Below, piece by piece: positions 48,082-58,204 of a DNA stretch of 64,000 nt. The DNA lies in NCBI GenBank assembly GCA_963718615.1, contig OY970368.1, positions 4,768,001 to 4,832,000 on the forward strand. The letters are read 5' to 3'. The position numbers and the translations under genes were made by a program. A model generated the notes under the pieces. It saw nothing but the letters and a program-made list of their open reading frames with translations. It ran no database searches and had not been told where the DNA came from. Numbering within the stretch: position 1 is the first letter of the stretch; each line of letters opens with the position of its first letter. The stretch is from an uncultured cyanobacterium. Lineage in GTDB: Bacteria > Cyanobacteriota > Cyanobacteriia > PCC-9006 > JAAUQQ01.

Positions 48082-50931
48082 ATGCTCAAAGCGCTCTTGG
48101 GCGATCCCAACGCAAGAAAGCTCAACAAATACAAGCCCATCGTGACCGAAATCAATCTTCTGGAGGATGAGATCCAGGGGCTTTCAGACGAGGGGCTGGT
48201 CGTTAAAACAGCTGAATTCCGCCAGCAGTTGGAGAAGGCCAAAAACCGGGAGATGGAGCAGGAGATCCTCGAAGATATCTTGCCCGAAGCATTTGCAGTG
48301 GTTCGGGAGGCGGCTCGACGGGTGTTAGGCCTGCGCCACTATGATGTTCAGCTGATTGGGGGCATGGTTCTCCATGATGGCCAGATCGCGGAGATGAAAA
48401 CGGGGGAAGGCAAAACCTTGGTGGCGACGCTACCGTCCTATCTCAATGCGGTTTCGGGTAAAGGCGTCCACGTCGTGACCGTCAATGACTACCTCGCTCG
48501 CCGGGACGCGGAGTGGATGGGGCAGGTCCATCGATTTTTGGGATTGAAGGTGGGGCTGATTCAGCAGGGCATGTCACCGCTGGAACGCAAGCAAAACTAC
48601 GATTGCGACATTACCTACACCACCAACAGTGAATTGGGGTTTGACTACCTGCGGGACAACATGGCCACCACCATGGACGAGGTGGTCCAACGTCCCTTTA
48701 ATTTCTGCATTATTGATGAAGTGGATTCGGTGCTTGTCGATGAAGCCCGCACGCCCCTGATTATCTCAGGACAGGTAGAGCGACCCAGTGAGAAGTACTT
48801 GCAGGCTTCTGAAATTGCACTCCAACTTATGCGTTCCACGACGGATCCCAATGCCAAGGACAGCATGGAGGATCCCGACGGGGATTATGAGGTGGACGAA
48901 AAAGCCCGTAACGTTTTGCTGACGGACGAAGGCTTTATCAAAGCAGAGGATCTTCTGGGGCTCAATGATTTGTTTGACCCTAAGGATCCTTGGGCGCACT
49001 ACATTTTCAATGCCATCAAGGCCAAGGAATTATTTACAAAAGACGTGAACTACATCGTGCGCAATGACGAAGTGGTCATTGTTGATGAATTCACAGGGCG
49101 GGTGATGCCGGGACGTCGCTGGAGTGATGGATTGCATCAGGCGATCGAGGCGAAAGAGCGGGTGGAGATTCAGCCAGAAACCCAAACGCTGGCATCTATT
49201 ACCTATCAAAACTTTTTCCTCCTCTACCCCAAGCTAGGTGGCATGACGGGGACCGCCAAAACGGAAGAAACGGAATTTGAAAAGACCTACAATCTCCAGG
49301 TCACCATTGTTCCGACCAATCGCCCTCGGTCTCGGCAGGACCTCTCGGATGTGGTCTATAAAAACGAGTTGGCCAAGTGGAAGGCGGTGGCGGAGGATTG
49401 TGCCCGCATGCACGAAAGTGGCCGTCCGGTTCTGGTGGGCACCACGAGTGTAGAAAAATCAGAGGTGCTCTCTCGGCTGTTGGCGGAGCGGGGCATTCCT
49501 CACAATTTGCTCAATGCTAAACCCGAGAACGTTGAGCGTGAGGCTGAAATTGTCGCCCAGGCGGGTCGTCGAGAAGCGGTGACGATCGCCACAAACATGG
49601 CCGGTCGCGGCACGGACATTATCCTCGGCGGCAATGCGGAGTACATGGCGCGTTTGAAAGTGCGCGAGTATTTTATGCCGCCCTTGGTCAAACCTGAGGA
49701 TGACGGATTTAGCTTTTCCCAGGTGGCTGGGCTCGATGGTCGTGAAGCCCCTCAAGGATTTGGAGGGGGTAAAAAGATCAAGACTTGGAAGGCCTCTGCG
49801 GAGATTTTTCCTACGGAGCTTTCCCCAGCGTTAGAAAAACAGCTCAAGGAAGCCGTGGCGTTTGCGGTGCAAACCTATGGGCAGCAAAGTCTTGTAGAAC
49901 TGGATGCAGAGGACAGAATTGCTGTGGCGGCGGAGAAAGCGCCGACGACGGATCCGGTAATTCAAAAGCTGCGGGCTGTTTATAACGCCATTAAGGAAGC
50001 CTACGAAGCCTTTACCGATCGCGAACATGAAGCGGTGATCGAACTGGGTGGCCTGCATGTGATTGGCACAGAGCGTCACGAGTCTCGCCGCATTGACAAC
50101 CAACTGCGGGGTCGGGCCGGACGGCAGGGAGACCCTGGCACAACTCGGTTCTTCCTCAGCTTGGAAGATAATTTGCTGCGGATTTTTGGGGGCGATCGCG
50201 TTGCGGGTCTGATGAACGCCTTCCGAGTGGAGGAAGACATGCCGATTGAATCGGGGATGCTCACCCGTTCCCTGGAAGGCGCACAGAAAAAAGTTGAAAC
50301 CTACTATTACGATCTCCGCAAGCAGGTTTTTGAGTACGACGAGGTGATGAACAACCAGCGTCGAGCGATCTATGCGGAGCGACGGCGGGTTCTGGAGGGT
50401 CAAGACCTCAAGGAGCAAATGGTCAAATATGCCGAGCTGACCATCGACGATATTGTCGAGTACTACATCAACCCCGAATTACCCTCGGAGGAATGGGAGT
50501 TGGAGAAACTGGTGAGCAAGGTGAAGGAATTTATCTATTTGCTCGAAGATTTGCAGCCGTCCCAGCTCGAAGATTTGTCCGTCGATGAAATCAAAGCCTT
50601 CCTCTACGAGCAGGTGCGCATTGCCTACGATCTCAAGGAGGCCCAGATTGACCAGATTGAGCCAGGGCTAATGCGCAAGGCCGAGCGGTTCTTTATTCTT
50701 CAGCAAATCGATACGCTCTGGCGCGAGCATCTCCAGCAAATGGACGGGCTAAGGGAAACCGTGGGTCTGCGGGGCTATGGTCAGAAGGATCCCCTGATCG
50801 AGTACAAAAATGAGGGCTATGAGCTGTTCCTCGACATGATGACGGCCATTCGTCGGAACGTCGTGTACTCCCTGTTTGAGTTCCAGCCGCAGATTCAGCC
50901 GACGGCTCCAACCCCCGTAGAAACGGTTTAG
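48082..50931 (+). CDS. secA: Preprotein translocase subunit SecA
   Basis: [41 protein letters not shown] and YGQKDPL motifs. Confidence 0.99.
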   Translation: MLKALLGDPNARKLNKYKPIVTEINLLEDEIQGLSDEGLVVKTAEFRQQLEKAKNREMEQEILEDILPEAFAVVREAARRVLGLRHYDVQLIGGMVLHDGQIAEMKTGEGKTLVATLPSYLNAVSGKGVHVVTVNDYLARRDAEWMGQVHRFLGLKVGLIQQGMSPLERKQNYDCDITYTTNSELGFDYLRDNMATTMDEVVQRPFNFCIIDEVDSVLVDEARTPLIISGQVERPSEKYLQASEIALQLMRSTTDPNAKDSMEDPDGDYEVDEKARNVLLTDEGFIKAEDLLGLNDLFDPKDPWAHYIFNAIKAKELFTKDVNYIVRNDEVVIVDEFTGRVMPGRRWSDGLHQAIEAKERVEIQPETQTLASITYQNFFLLYPKLGGMTGTAKTEETEFEKTYNLQVTIVPTNRPRSRQDLSDVVYKNELAKWKAVAEDCARMHESGRPVLVGTTSVEKSEVLSRLLAERGIPHNLLNAKPENVEREAEIVAQAGRREAVTIATNMAGRGTDIILGGNAEYMARLKVREYFMPPLVKPEDDGFSFSQVAGLDGREAPQGFGGGKKIKTWKASAEIFPTELSPALEKQLKEAVAFAVQTYGQQSLVELDAEDRIAVAAEKAPTTDPVIQKLRAVYNAIKEAYEAFTDREHEAVIELGGLHVIGTERHESRRIDNQLRGRAGRQGDPGTTRFFLSLEDNLLRIFGGDRVAGLMNAFRVEEDMPIESGMLTRSLEGAQKKVETYYYDLRKQVFEYDEVMNNQRRAIYAERRRVLEGQDLKEQMVKYAELTIDDIVEYYINPELPSEEWELEKLVSKVKEFIYLLEDLQPSQLEDLSVDEIKAFLYEQVRIAYDLKEAQIDQIEPGLMRKAERFFILQQIDTLWREHLQQMDGLRETVGLRGYGQKDPLIEYKNEGYELFLDMMTAIRRNVVYSLFEFQPQIQPTAPTPVETV

Positions 50932-51000
50932 CGTTGAGAGCTGAGTCAGAGAGCAGAGACTAGAGCTCAGAGTTACATTTGGGCGGACCCAAGGCTTTTC

Positions 51001-53766
51001 CTAATCGAGAAAGAGTCCTGGAATCAACAGGCGACTGACGGTCCGCCCATCTTCGAGGGGTAGCAACTCCAAGCTTCCCCCGAGTTTTTCCATAAGGGTT
51101 TGGGCCAAGTGCAGCCGGAGTCCCGGCTCCTCTTCCAGGAGCGATCGCACCAGGGGATCCGACTGATCCGCCGTGGGCTGTAAGGCGGCCAACAGTTGGG
51201 GATCAATGATGCCATTGTCCGTCACACTCAACTCCAGCAACCCCTCAGGTTGGGCATTGCACCAGACATCAATGCGCCCTCCGATCAAGCAGCGATCGCA
51301 AGCCGCCACCAAAACGCTGTGAATTGCATTTTCCAGCTTGAGGCTATCGCCGCACAGTTGGTGCTGCTGCACCTCGGACCAGTGAAACTGGGACCAAAGC
51401 TGGCGTTGGGAGATCAAGCTATCAATGCGATGTTTGGCTTGTTTGAGTAGACGGATCACCGGAAAGGTCTGGGTTCGAATTTGGAGCGTCTGCCCCTCTG
51501 CTTCGAAGACTTCCTTAAGACCGGCGATCGCCTGGTTCATCCGCTCCAGCCCCTCTTGCAAAATGCGCTCTCCTTCGGGGGTCAGTTCTTGGAGTCGTTG
51601 AAGCTGATCGGCCAAGGTGCGCTGAAACCGCTCTCCACAAAACTGTTTGTAGCCATGGAGTTGCTCTAGTTCCGCCTGACGAAGTTGGAGGTGCTGACGC
51701 TGGCGCAACGACCGGCGCGACCAAGCCAGCTGTTGAATCAAAATGCGGCACAGACTCAAAGGCCGCTCCATCCAAGGATGGGCCTGACTTTCACCCATCA
51801 GAATTAATCCCTGGGGCACATCCGAACTGGAGTCCCGCAGAGGCAGCACAAGTAACTGAGCTAGCTGGGGAAACGCCAACCATTGACGGGTCATAGGGGA
51901 GAGATGGTCCACCGGCTGAATTAGCCAATCTGTAGCCTGGAGCGCTTGCTGAAGTAAGGGATCCCGCAGACCATCCAGAACCGGAGTGCTGAGCTGCGAC
52001 CATTGGCTATCCAGATGGACCGCATCCACCCAGCGCATCTGCCCCTCCCGAGGAGACCAGTCTAGTAAGGCAACCCAGGGGACTTGCAACAATTGGGCGA
52101 TCGCCTGGAGCCCCACTCGATCCAACCGCTTGGGTTCGGTTTCCTGATGGAGGCTGGTGAGCCCCCACTGTAGCGCTTGGTGCCAGGTCTGCAACTGCTG
52201 CATTTGGTCGGACAAGCGTCGCTGATGGAGGACCGTGGTCATCTGACGAGACAGATCGCGAAAAAGCGCTAAATCGGCGGCAGACCAGGTTCGAGGCTGT
52301 TCCCGCGTGAGCAACAATGCCCCTTCGCCAAAATTTGAAGGAGCCGTGGGACAGACCAACAGCGATCGCACCCCTGCTCGACTGAATAACTGCGATCGCC
52401 AACGCATTAAGCGCAAATCCGACTGCCAGTCTTCCACCATCAATCCCTCGGGATGCTCATCCAGCAGCAGGCGATCGAGCTCATCCAATTTGGCTAAGGG
52501 ACCATTCAAGAGTTTGCGACGCCCCGCCTGATGCTGAAATAAAATCGGAAAACTTTGGCGAGCGTCCTGGTAATGAATCAGCAGCAACCGCTCCACCTGC
52601 AACCGTTCAAACAGGTAATCTGCCGTCTGACGCAGGGCCTCGTGCCAATCTTGCCGATCCCGCACCGCTAGCCCCAGGGCCGCAATCACCGCCTGGTCGG
52701 CTTTGCCGGTGCCGATTGCCTGGTCGATCTGATCCTGGGGGGCCACCAGGGTGGCCAACTGGGCAACGCCCTGCAAATAGCGCTTCTCGCCTTCACTCCA
52801 AAGATGGGCTGCGATGCCGCCTGTGACGATAAATCCCAGGAGTTGGGTACCCGAACCAATCGGGGCAACCAGCAGCGATCGCACCTGGATCTGCCCATGG
52901 AGATAGCTCGAAATGCTGGACTGGAGCGCACTGCTGGTGTCGCTGATACTGAGAACGCGATCGCGCTTGAGGGTTTGATATAAATCTTGACAATCGGCGA
53001 TCGCCAACACCCCAGGTGGTGAGAACCCCGTACCACTGCCCTGCACCTGTTTAAGCAATCGCGGCCAAAACACTCGGCGATCGGGGTCAAACCAATATAG
53101 AAGTGTACGGCTCGTGCCAATAAACTGGTGCGTCTCCGCCACAATGCACTGCAACTGCTCTTGCAGCGTAGGCTGTTCCCGCAGCTGATCCAAGAGTCGC
53201 AGCAGCGGCTCCTCCGGTCGCTTTTGCTGTTTTTCCTGGTGAACCGTAGCAATCTGATGTAGCGCCACCGCCAATTGACCACAAAGAATCGAGAGGGCCG
53301 CAATGTCATCGGCCTGGGGAGCCATCCCCCACTCCGGAATCCCAAACAGTGCAACCCCGTAGCAAACGGTTTGGTAATGAATGGGGAAGAGCAAACTGCC
53401 CTGAATGTCTAGGGTTTGGGCGATCGTCCGCCACCGACCCGCCTTGCGCTCTTGACCCAAATCCGGCACTTGCAGCGGTCGCCGTTGGACAAAAACCTGT
53501 TCCAGTAAGCTACCGGATTCTAGAAGTAGATGTTCGCGATGGAGCCAGCGTTTTTCCCCTGGACTGACGGCATCGTAGCCCATGAGACAGTCTTCCTGGG
53601 GCTGGTAGGTGCCAAACCAAACCAAGCTGTAGCCCAGTTCTTGGCAGAGAAAAGGAACCGTTGCCTCAAACAGGGCCTCGATTTCATCGGTTTCACGCAG
53701 CAGCTTGAGCACCTGGCTGAGCCTTGTGAGCTTTCGGTCCTGTGAAACCGAGGCTTGTCGGACCAT
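51001..53766 (-). CDS. Multi-GAF sensor protein with a degenerate histidine kinase C-terminus
   Basis: About four GAF-like repeats (SLLFPI, SLLVAPI, SLLVCP, LLVLPL); C-terminal VTDNG...GLRLHL...LGG HATPase-like region. Confidence 0.82.
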   Translation of the reverse strand: MVRQASVSQDRKLTRLSQVLKLLRETDEIEALFEATVPFLCQELGYSLVWFGTYQPQEDCLMGYDAVSPGEKRWLHREHLLLESGSLLEQVFVQRRPLQVPDLGQERKAGRWRTIAQTLDIQGSLLFPIHYQTVCYGVALFGIPEWGMAPQADDIAALSILCGQLAVALHQIATVHQEKQQKRPEEPLLRLLDQLREQPTLQEQLQCIVAETHQFIGTSRTLLYWFDPDRRVFWPRLLKQVQGSGTGFSPPGVLAIADCQDLYQTLKRDRVLSISDTSSALQSSISSYLHGQIQVRSLLVAPIGSGTQLLGFIVTGGIAAHLWSEGEKRYLQGVAQLATLVAPQDQIDQAIGTGKADQAVIAALGLAVRDRQDWHEALRQTADYLFERLQVERLLLIHYQDARQSFPILFQHQAGRRKLLNGPLAKLDELDRLLLDEHPEGLMVEDWQSDLRLMRWRSQLFSRAGVRSLLVCPTAPSNFGEGALLLTREQPRTWSAADLALFRDLSRQMTTVLHQRRLSDQMQQLQTWHQALQWGLTSLHQETEPKRLDRVGLQAIAQLLQVPWVALLDWSPREGQMRWVDAVHLDSQWSQLSTPVLDGLRDPLLQQALQATDWLIQPVDHLSPMTRQWLAFPQLAQLLVLPLRDSSSDVPQGLILMGESQAHPWMERPLSLCRILIQQLAWSRRSLRQRQHLQLRQAELEQLHGYKQFCGERFQRTLADQLQRLQELTPEGERILQEGLERMNQAIAGLKEVFEAEGQTLQIRTQTFPVIRLLKQAKHRIDSLISQRQLWSQFHWSEVQQHQLCGDSLKLENAIHSVLVAACDRCLIGGRIDVWCNAQPEGLLELSVTDNGIIDPQLLAALQPTADQSDPLVRSLLEEEPGLRLHLAQTLMEKLGGSLELLPLEDGRTVSRLLIPGLFLD

Positions 53767-54041
53767 GGCGATTTCTCCTCCCTAACCCTAACCCTGTGCT
53801 TAACCCTGTTGTAACTGATCCAGGCCCACTCCATTGCCCTTTATCCTACGACGCTCATCAGCTGACTCTCATCGACGCTAATTTCAATAGGATGATGAAG
53901 ATCTTGATTTAAATTAAGTAAAAGATAGAAAAAAGCAGCCTAGGGCAAAATTTGAGGCGAGTTTCGAGTTTATTGTTCCCCGTTTCCTGTTCTTTTCTGC
54001 CGTTCTTTTCTGCCGTCCTTTTCTGCCAGGGATCACCGCGC

Positions 54042-55179
54042 TTGGATATTTACACTTCACTGATTCGTCCGCTGCTGTTTTCGGGTCTGCGAGCCGATCC
54101 AGAGTGGATGCATGGCCAAGCGATCCATTGGCTGGGCAAGCTTGCAACCGATCGCCAAACGCCCGGGCTAGACTGGGCTCGGACCCAAATCCAGCGAACC
54201 TGCAGCCTAGAGGATCCGCGCCTCACCCAGATCCTTCTGGGGCAAAACGTTTCCGAATCCCATTGGTTTGGCCGCCGGATTTGACAAGGATGGTTGGGCT
54301 GCGCCCCTGTGGTCAGATTTCGGGTTTGGTTTCGCTGAGATCGGCACTGTGACTTGGCATGCCCAAGCCGGTAATCCTCAGCCAAGGCTCTTTCGCCTAT
54401 TGGACGATCGGGCTGTCTTGAACCGCATGGGATTTAATAACCGAGGTGCCCAAGCGCTAGCCGCTCGCTTGGCTGAATATGGCTTGCCTGGGGGCGATCG
54501 CCCCATTCCCCTCGGCATCAATCTGGGAAAATCAAAAATCACCCCCCTAGAAACCGCCGCTACCGACTATTGCGCCAGTTTTGAGCTGCTTGCCCCTTGG
54601 GGAGATTATTTTGTCGTTAATGTTTCATCGCCGAATACGCCGGGATTGCGATCGCTCCAAGCCAAAGAACAGCTAGAGCCCATCTTGCGAGGATTGCAAG
54701 CCATCAATGGCCAGCCGCGCCCGCTCCTGCTCAAAATTGCACCGGATTTGGCCGACGAGGATATTCTTTCAATTTTGGATTTGATTGCAGACTGTCACCT
54801 CGCTGGCATCATCGCCACCAACACCACGATTCAGCGTTCCGGATTGCGCACCCAGATACTAGCAGCAACTGGCAAAAATGTGTCAGAGGAAGCGGGAGGA
54901 ATTAGCGGAGCTCCGTTGCGATCGCGTTCCACCGAGGTTATTCGCCTGATTTATCGCCACACCCAAGGCCAACTGCCGATTATCGGTGTCGGTGGCGTCT
55001 TCACCCCCGAGGATGCCTGGGAGAAAATTACCGCCGGAGCCAGCCTTGTTCAGATTTACACCGGTTGGATTTACGAAGGGCCTGCTATGGTTAAACGAAT
55101 TCTGCAAGGGCTTCAACAAAAACTAGAAGCTCAGGGCTTCGCTTCGATTACAGAGGCGATCGGCAGAACCGCAACCTGA
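54042..55179 (+). CDS. pyrD: Quinone-dependent dihydroorotate dehydrogenase with an apparent +1 frameshift near 54231-54237
   Basis: The N-terminus [13 protein letters not shown]...DPEWMH is in one frame. [40 protein letters not shown] and IIGVGG are in the +1 frame. Confidence 0.9.
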
Positions 55180-55501
55180 GTGTCACCGAAAAGTTACCGA
55201 AAAAGTTACCGAAAGGTCACCGGAGTGCGACTTGCAATCCCTGGCGATAGAGGGTTGAAAAATATATTTCTCTAGCGGTGGTCATTCTGCATGAGATTGG
55301 GTACCATGCACTAGCATAAATTCGGTTGATTGCAATAAACCGCTGTGTTACTCAGGTGAAATGCTCTCCAGTAGGGCGTTTTATCCCTATGGCCTGTCGT
55401 CACCTGGGGAAAAGGTAAGAAAAAACCTTGCCCATTCCCCGTTCAGCAGGTAAGCTCACGTTCTCAAAGTCGGCAAATCAACGCTAATGGGTAGGTAAAC
55501 C

Positions 55502-56596
55502 GTGTTTAAGGGCCTGTTCTCCGGAAATAAGCAGGGCATTGGGGTGGAACTGACCCCAGAACGTATCAATTTGGCCCAGCTCAAAAAGCAAGGTCAAGGT
55601 TATAAGCTCGTCAGTCTGGTCAGCAAAGAAATGCCAGAGGATGTCATCCAAGACGGCCAAATTGTGAATCCCCCTGCCCTGGCAGAGCTTTTGCAGTCGG
55701 TGATTGAGGAAGGCAAAATCAAGACCAAGCACGTCGCCACCGCGATTTCTGGCCGGGATGTGATTGCCCGCTTGATTTCTGTACCTGCCGAGCTCGATGA
55801 AAACGAGTTACGCGACATGGTTTTGAACCAGGAGGCGGGTCTGTATTTGCCTTTTCCCCGCGAAGAAGCCGACGTGGACTACCAAAAACTGGGTTTTTTC
55901 GTCGATGAGGATGGCATCGAGAAGGTCCAGGTGCTGCTGGTAGCCACCCGACGCGAGATTACCGACACCTACATCAGCACGTTCCGAGAGGCAGGTCTGG
56001 AGCTGGATGTTTTGGAAATTAGCAGTTTTGCGCTCATTCGGACGATCCGGCAGCAGCTCCAGCAGTTCAGCTCCCAGGAAGCGGTGGCGATCGCCGACAT
56101 CGAATTTGACAACACCGAAATTTCCATCGTGGTCGATGGCGTTCCCCAATTTTCCCGGACCGTCCCCATTGGCACCTACCAAATCTGGCAGTCCCTCTGC
56201 CGCGCCATGAACATGCCCCCGTCCCGCGATACCGAGTCCCTACGGGGGATGACGGTTCCCGTCACCCCAGTGGACAGCATCGGCACCAAAACCGCACCGG
56301 GAAATCCGGGCTCAGCGGCGATGCTGCGGGTGTTAGGCGATTTGTCCGATGAACTGCGCCGCTCCATCGATTTTTATCTCAATCAAGACGAAAACCTAGA
56401 AGTGGCCCAGCTCTTGATTGCAGGCCCCGGTGCCTGCTTGGGTCAGCTTGATGAATTTTTTAGCCAGCGGCTCAGCCTCCCGGCCAGCCAGGTGGATCCC
56501 TTTTCAACCTCGTCCATCGAAGCTGGGGCAGAGATCGACGATCTGCAACGTCCCAGTCTGGGGGTTGTATTGGGCTTAGGACTGCGTGAGGTGTGA
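55502..56596 (+). CDS. pilM: Type IV pilus assembly protein PilM
   Basis: GIGVEL, LYLPFPREEADVDYQ, ELRRSIDFY and GLGLR motifs. Confidence 0.95.
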   Translation: MFKGLFSGNKQGIGVELTPERINLAQLKKQGQGYKLVSLVSKEMPEDVIQDGQIVNPPALAELLQSVIEEGKIKTKHVATAISGRDVIARLISVPAELDENELRDMVLNQEAGLYLPFPREEADVDYQKLGFFVDEDGIEKVQVLLVATRREITDTYISTFREAGLELDVLEISSFALIRTIRQQLQQFSSQEAVAIADIEFDNTEISIVVDGVPQFSRTVPIGTYQIWQSLCRAMNMPPSRDTESLRGMTVPVTPVDSIGTKTAPGNPGSAAMLRVLGDLSDELRRSIDFYLNQDENLEVAQLLIAGPGACLGQLDEFFSQRLSLPASQVDPFSTSSIEAGAEIDDLQRPSLGVVLGLGLREV

Positions 56597-56599
56597 GAC

Positions 56600-57349
56600 A
56601 TGTATAGCTTAGATGTTAATTTTCTCAAGGATCGAGGCACTCAAACCCAGGACGCTCAAACGCGAGTGCGACGGACAACTGGCCCCATCAATTGGACGCC
56701 AGCAATGGTGGGTCTATTGGTCGGTTTGCTCTTTCCCCTCATGGCCTTAGGCGGACTCTTTTGGGCCAAGAACACATCCCGCAAACTCACTGCCGACAAG
56801 GCCCAGGTTGACCAGGAACTGGCCAGTTTGCAAGCCCAGGTGGCTGAGCTTGAAAAAATCACCCAGGAAACGGAAGCCGTTCAAAAGGATACCGCTTCCC
56901 TGGTGGGCGTGTTTGATCAGCTCAATCCCTGGTCTGCAATTTTGCAAGACGTGAGCAATCGCGTTCCGACAACGGTGCGGCTGCAATCGGTCAAACAAGA
57001 GGAAAACGCCCTGGTGTTGACGGGCAATGCCGAGTCCTATGAGGATGTCAACGACTTTGTGCTGACCCTCGGCGATTCCATTTTCTTCCAGAAACAAGGG
57101 ATTGTGCTTCAGGAGGCGGCGCTTGCCGATGATCCAACCAAGGTTGAAGTCAATAAAAGTGGCGAAAATGCGCCTGAAGTGACCGTGGAGAGCAAGCAGG
57201 TGGTGAACTACACCATCCAAGCGCCCTTCGGAGAATGGACTTATCAGGGCGAAGCCGGTCAGCCAACCCTTGAAGCCCTCTCACGCTTAGGGGCGGAGGG
57301 ATTGGTCTCACGCATTGAGGAGCTTAAGCAACAAGGGGTAATTGACTAA
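56600..57349 (+). CDS. pilN: Type IV pilus assembly protein PilN
   Basis: MYSLDVNFLKDR N-terminus, TM, coiled coil, PWSAIL and VNDFVL. Confidence 0.92.
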   Translation: MYSLDVNFLKDRGTQTQDAQTRVRRTTGPINWTPAMVGLLVGLLFPLMALGGLFWAKNTSRKLTADKAQVDQELASLQAQVAELEKITQETEAVQKDTASLVGVFDQLNPWSAILQDVSNRVPTTVRLQSVKQEENALVLTGNAESYEDVNDFVLTLGDSIFFQKQGIVLQEAALADDPTKVEVNKSGENAPEVTVESKQVVNYTIQAPFGEWTYQGEAGQPTLEALSRLGAEGLVSRIEELKQQGVID

Positions 57350-58119
57350 TGACATTCACGGAAGAGTTTGTCCCAGTTCAGGATGTTCGAGAGCAGGCGA
57401 ACTATCCCACGGCGTTTGGGGTCACGTTCACGCCAACGGTGCTGGGATGGTTGGCGATCGTGGCGGGTTTGATGGGGGGCCTTTATCTGCTCTTAAATCA
57501 GGTGTTACCCACGATTCAAGCCAATCGAGATTTGGCTGAGCAAGTTGAAGCCAGCAAAGCCCAGCTCGAAACCCAGAAAAAGAGTCTGGAGAATCGAGGA
57601 GAATTTGAAGCCCGGAAGCAATCGGCCCTGGCGGAGTTTGACCAGACCATGGATCTGTTTGCCGATGAATCGTCGCTGGATACGTTGCTGCTCGACATCA
57701 GTCAGCAAATCCCCAACCCGAAGGAAATTTTACGCAGTTTTTCTCCGGAGGGAGAAGTTGAGGTTGTCACCGATGGCTCCCTCGGGGAGGGGGTCAATGG
57801 CATGCTCAAGCGTCAGGCCTACACCGTTGAAATTGAGGGCACCTACAAAAATACCCAGCAGTTTTTGGATCGCCTGGAACGGCTTCAACCCCTGATGTTA
57901 GTCACGAGCGTTGAGACCGAATCCGCAGAGCTTGTCCAGGAGGTTAATGTGGGACCCTTTGGCCAAATCAGCATTAACCGCAAGGATCCGCTGTTGAACA
58001 GCACCATTAATTTGCAGGCGCTGATTGAGCGATCGCGCGAAGAAATCGAAGCGGATCGGACAGCGGCGGCGGCAGCGCCAGCGGATGGTACGGCTCCGGC
58101 TCCTGCCCCTGCGCCATAG
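57349..58119 (+). CDS. pilO: Type IV pilus assembly protein PilO
   Basis: YPTAFGVTFTP, SLDTLLLDI and LERLQPL motifs; operon position. Confidence 0.9.
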   Translation: MTFTEEFVPVQDVREQANYPTAFGVTFTPTVLGWLAIVAGLMGGLYLLLNQVLPTIQANRDLAEQVEASKAQLETQKKSLENRGEFEARKQSALAEFDQTMDLFADESSLDTLLLDISQQIPNPKEILRSFSPEGEVEVVTDGSLGEGVNGMLKRQAYTVEIEGTYKNTQQFLDRLERLQPLMLVTSVETESAELVQEVNVGPFGQISINRKDPLLNSTINLQALIERSREEIEADRTAAAAAPADGTAPAPAPAP

Positions 58120-58204
58120 GGGCTCAATCCGAAGTTCACAGTGTGGCTGCCCTTGCAGCGTCTCCCGATCAATTCATGTGCTTGCAATCAGGTGAGGATT
58201 CAGA

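Noticed and set aside
52007-53354. Alternative-frame ORFs of 131 and 222 aa inside the GAF gene
   Set aside because: Fully nested in a long coding sequence, no recognisable motifs, and expected by chance at this GC content.
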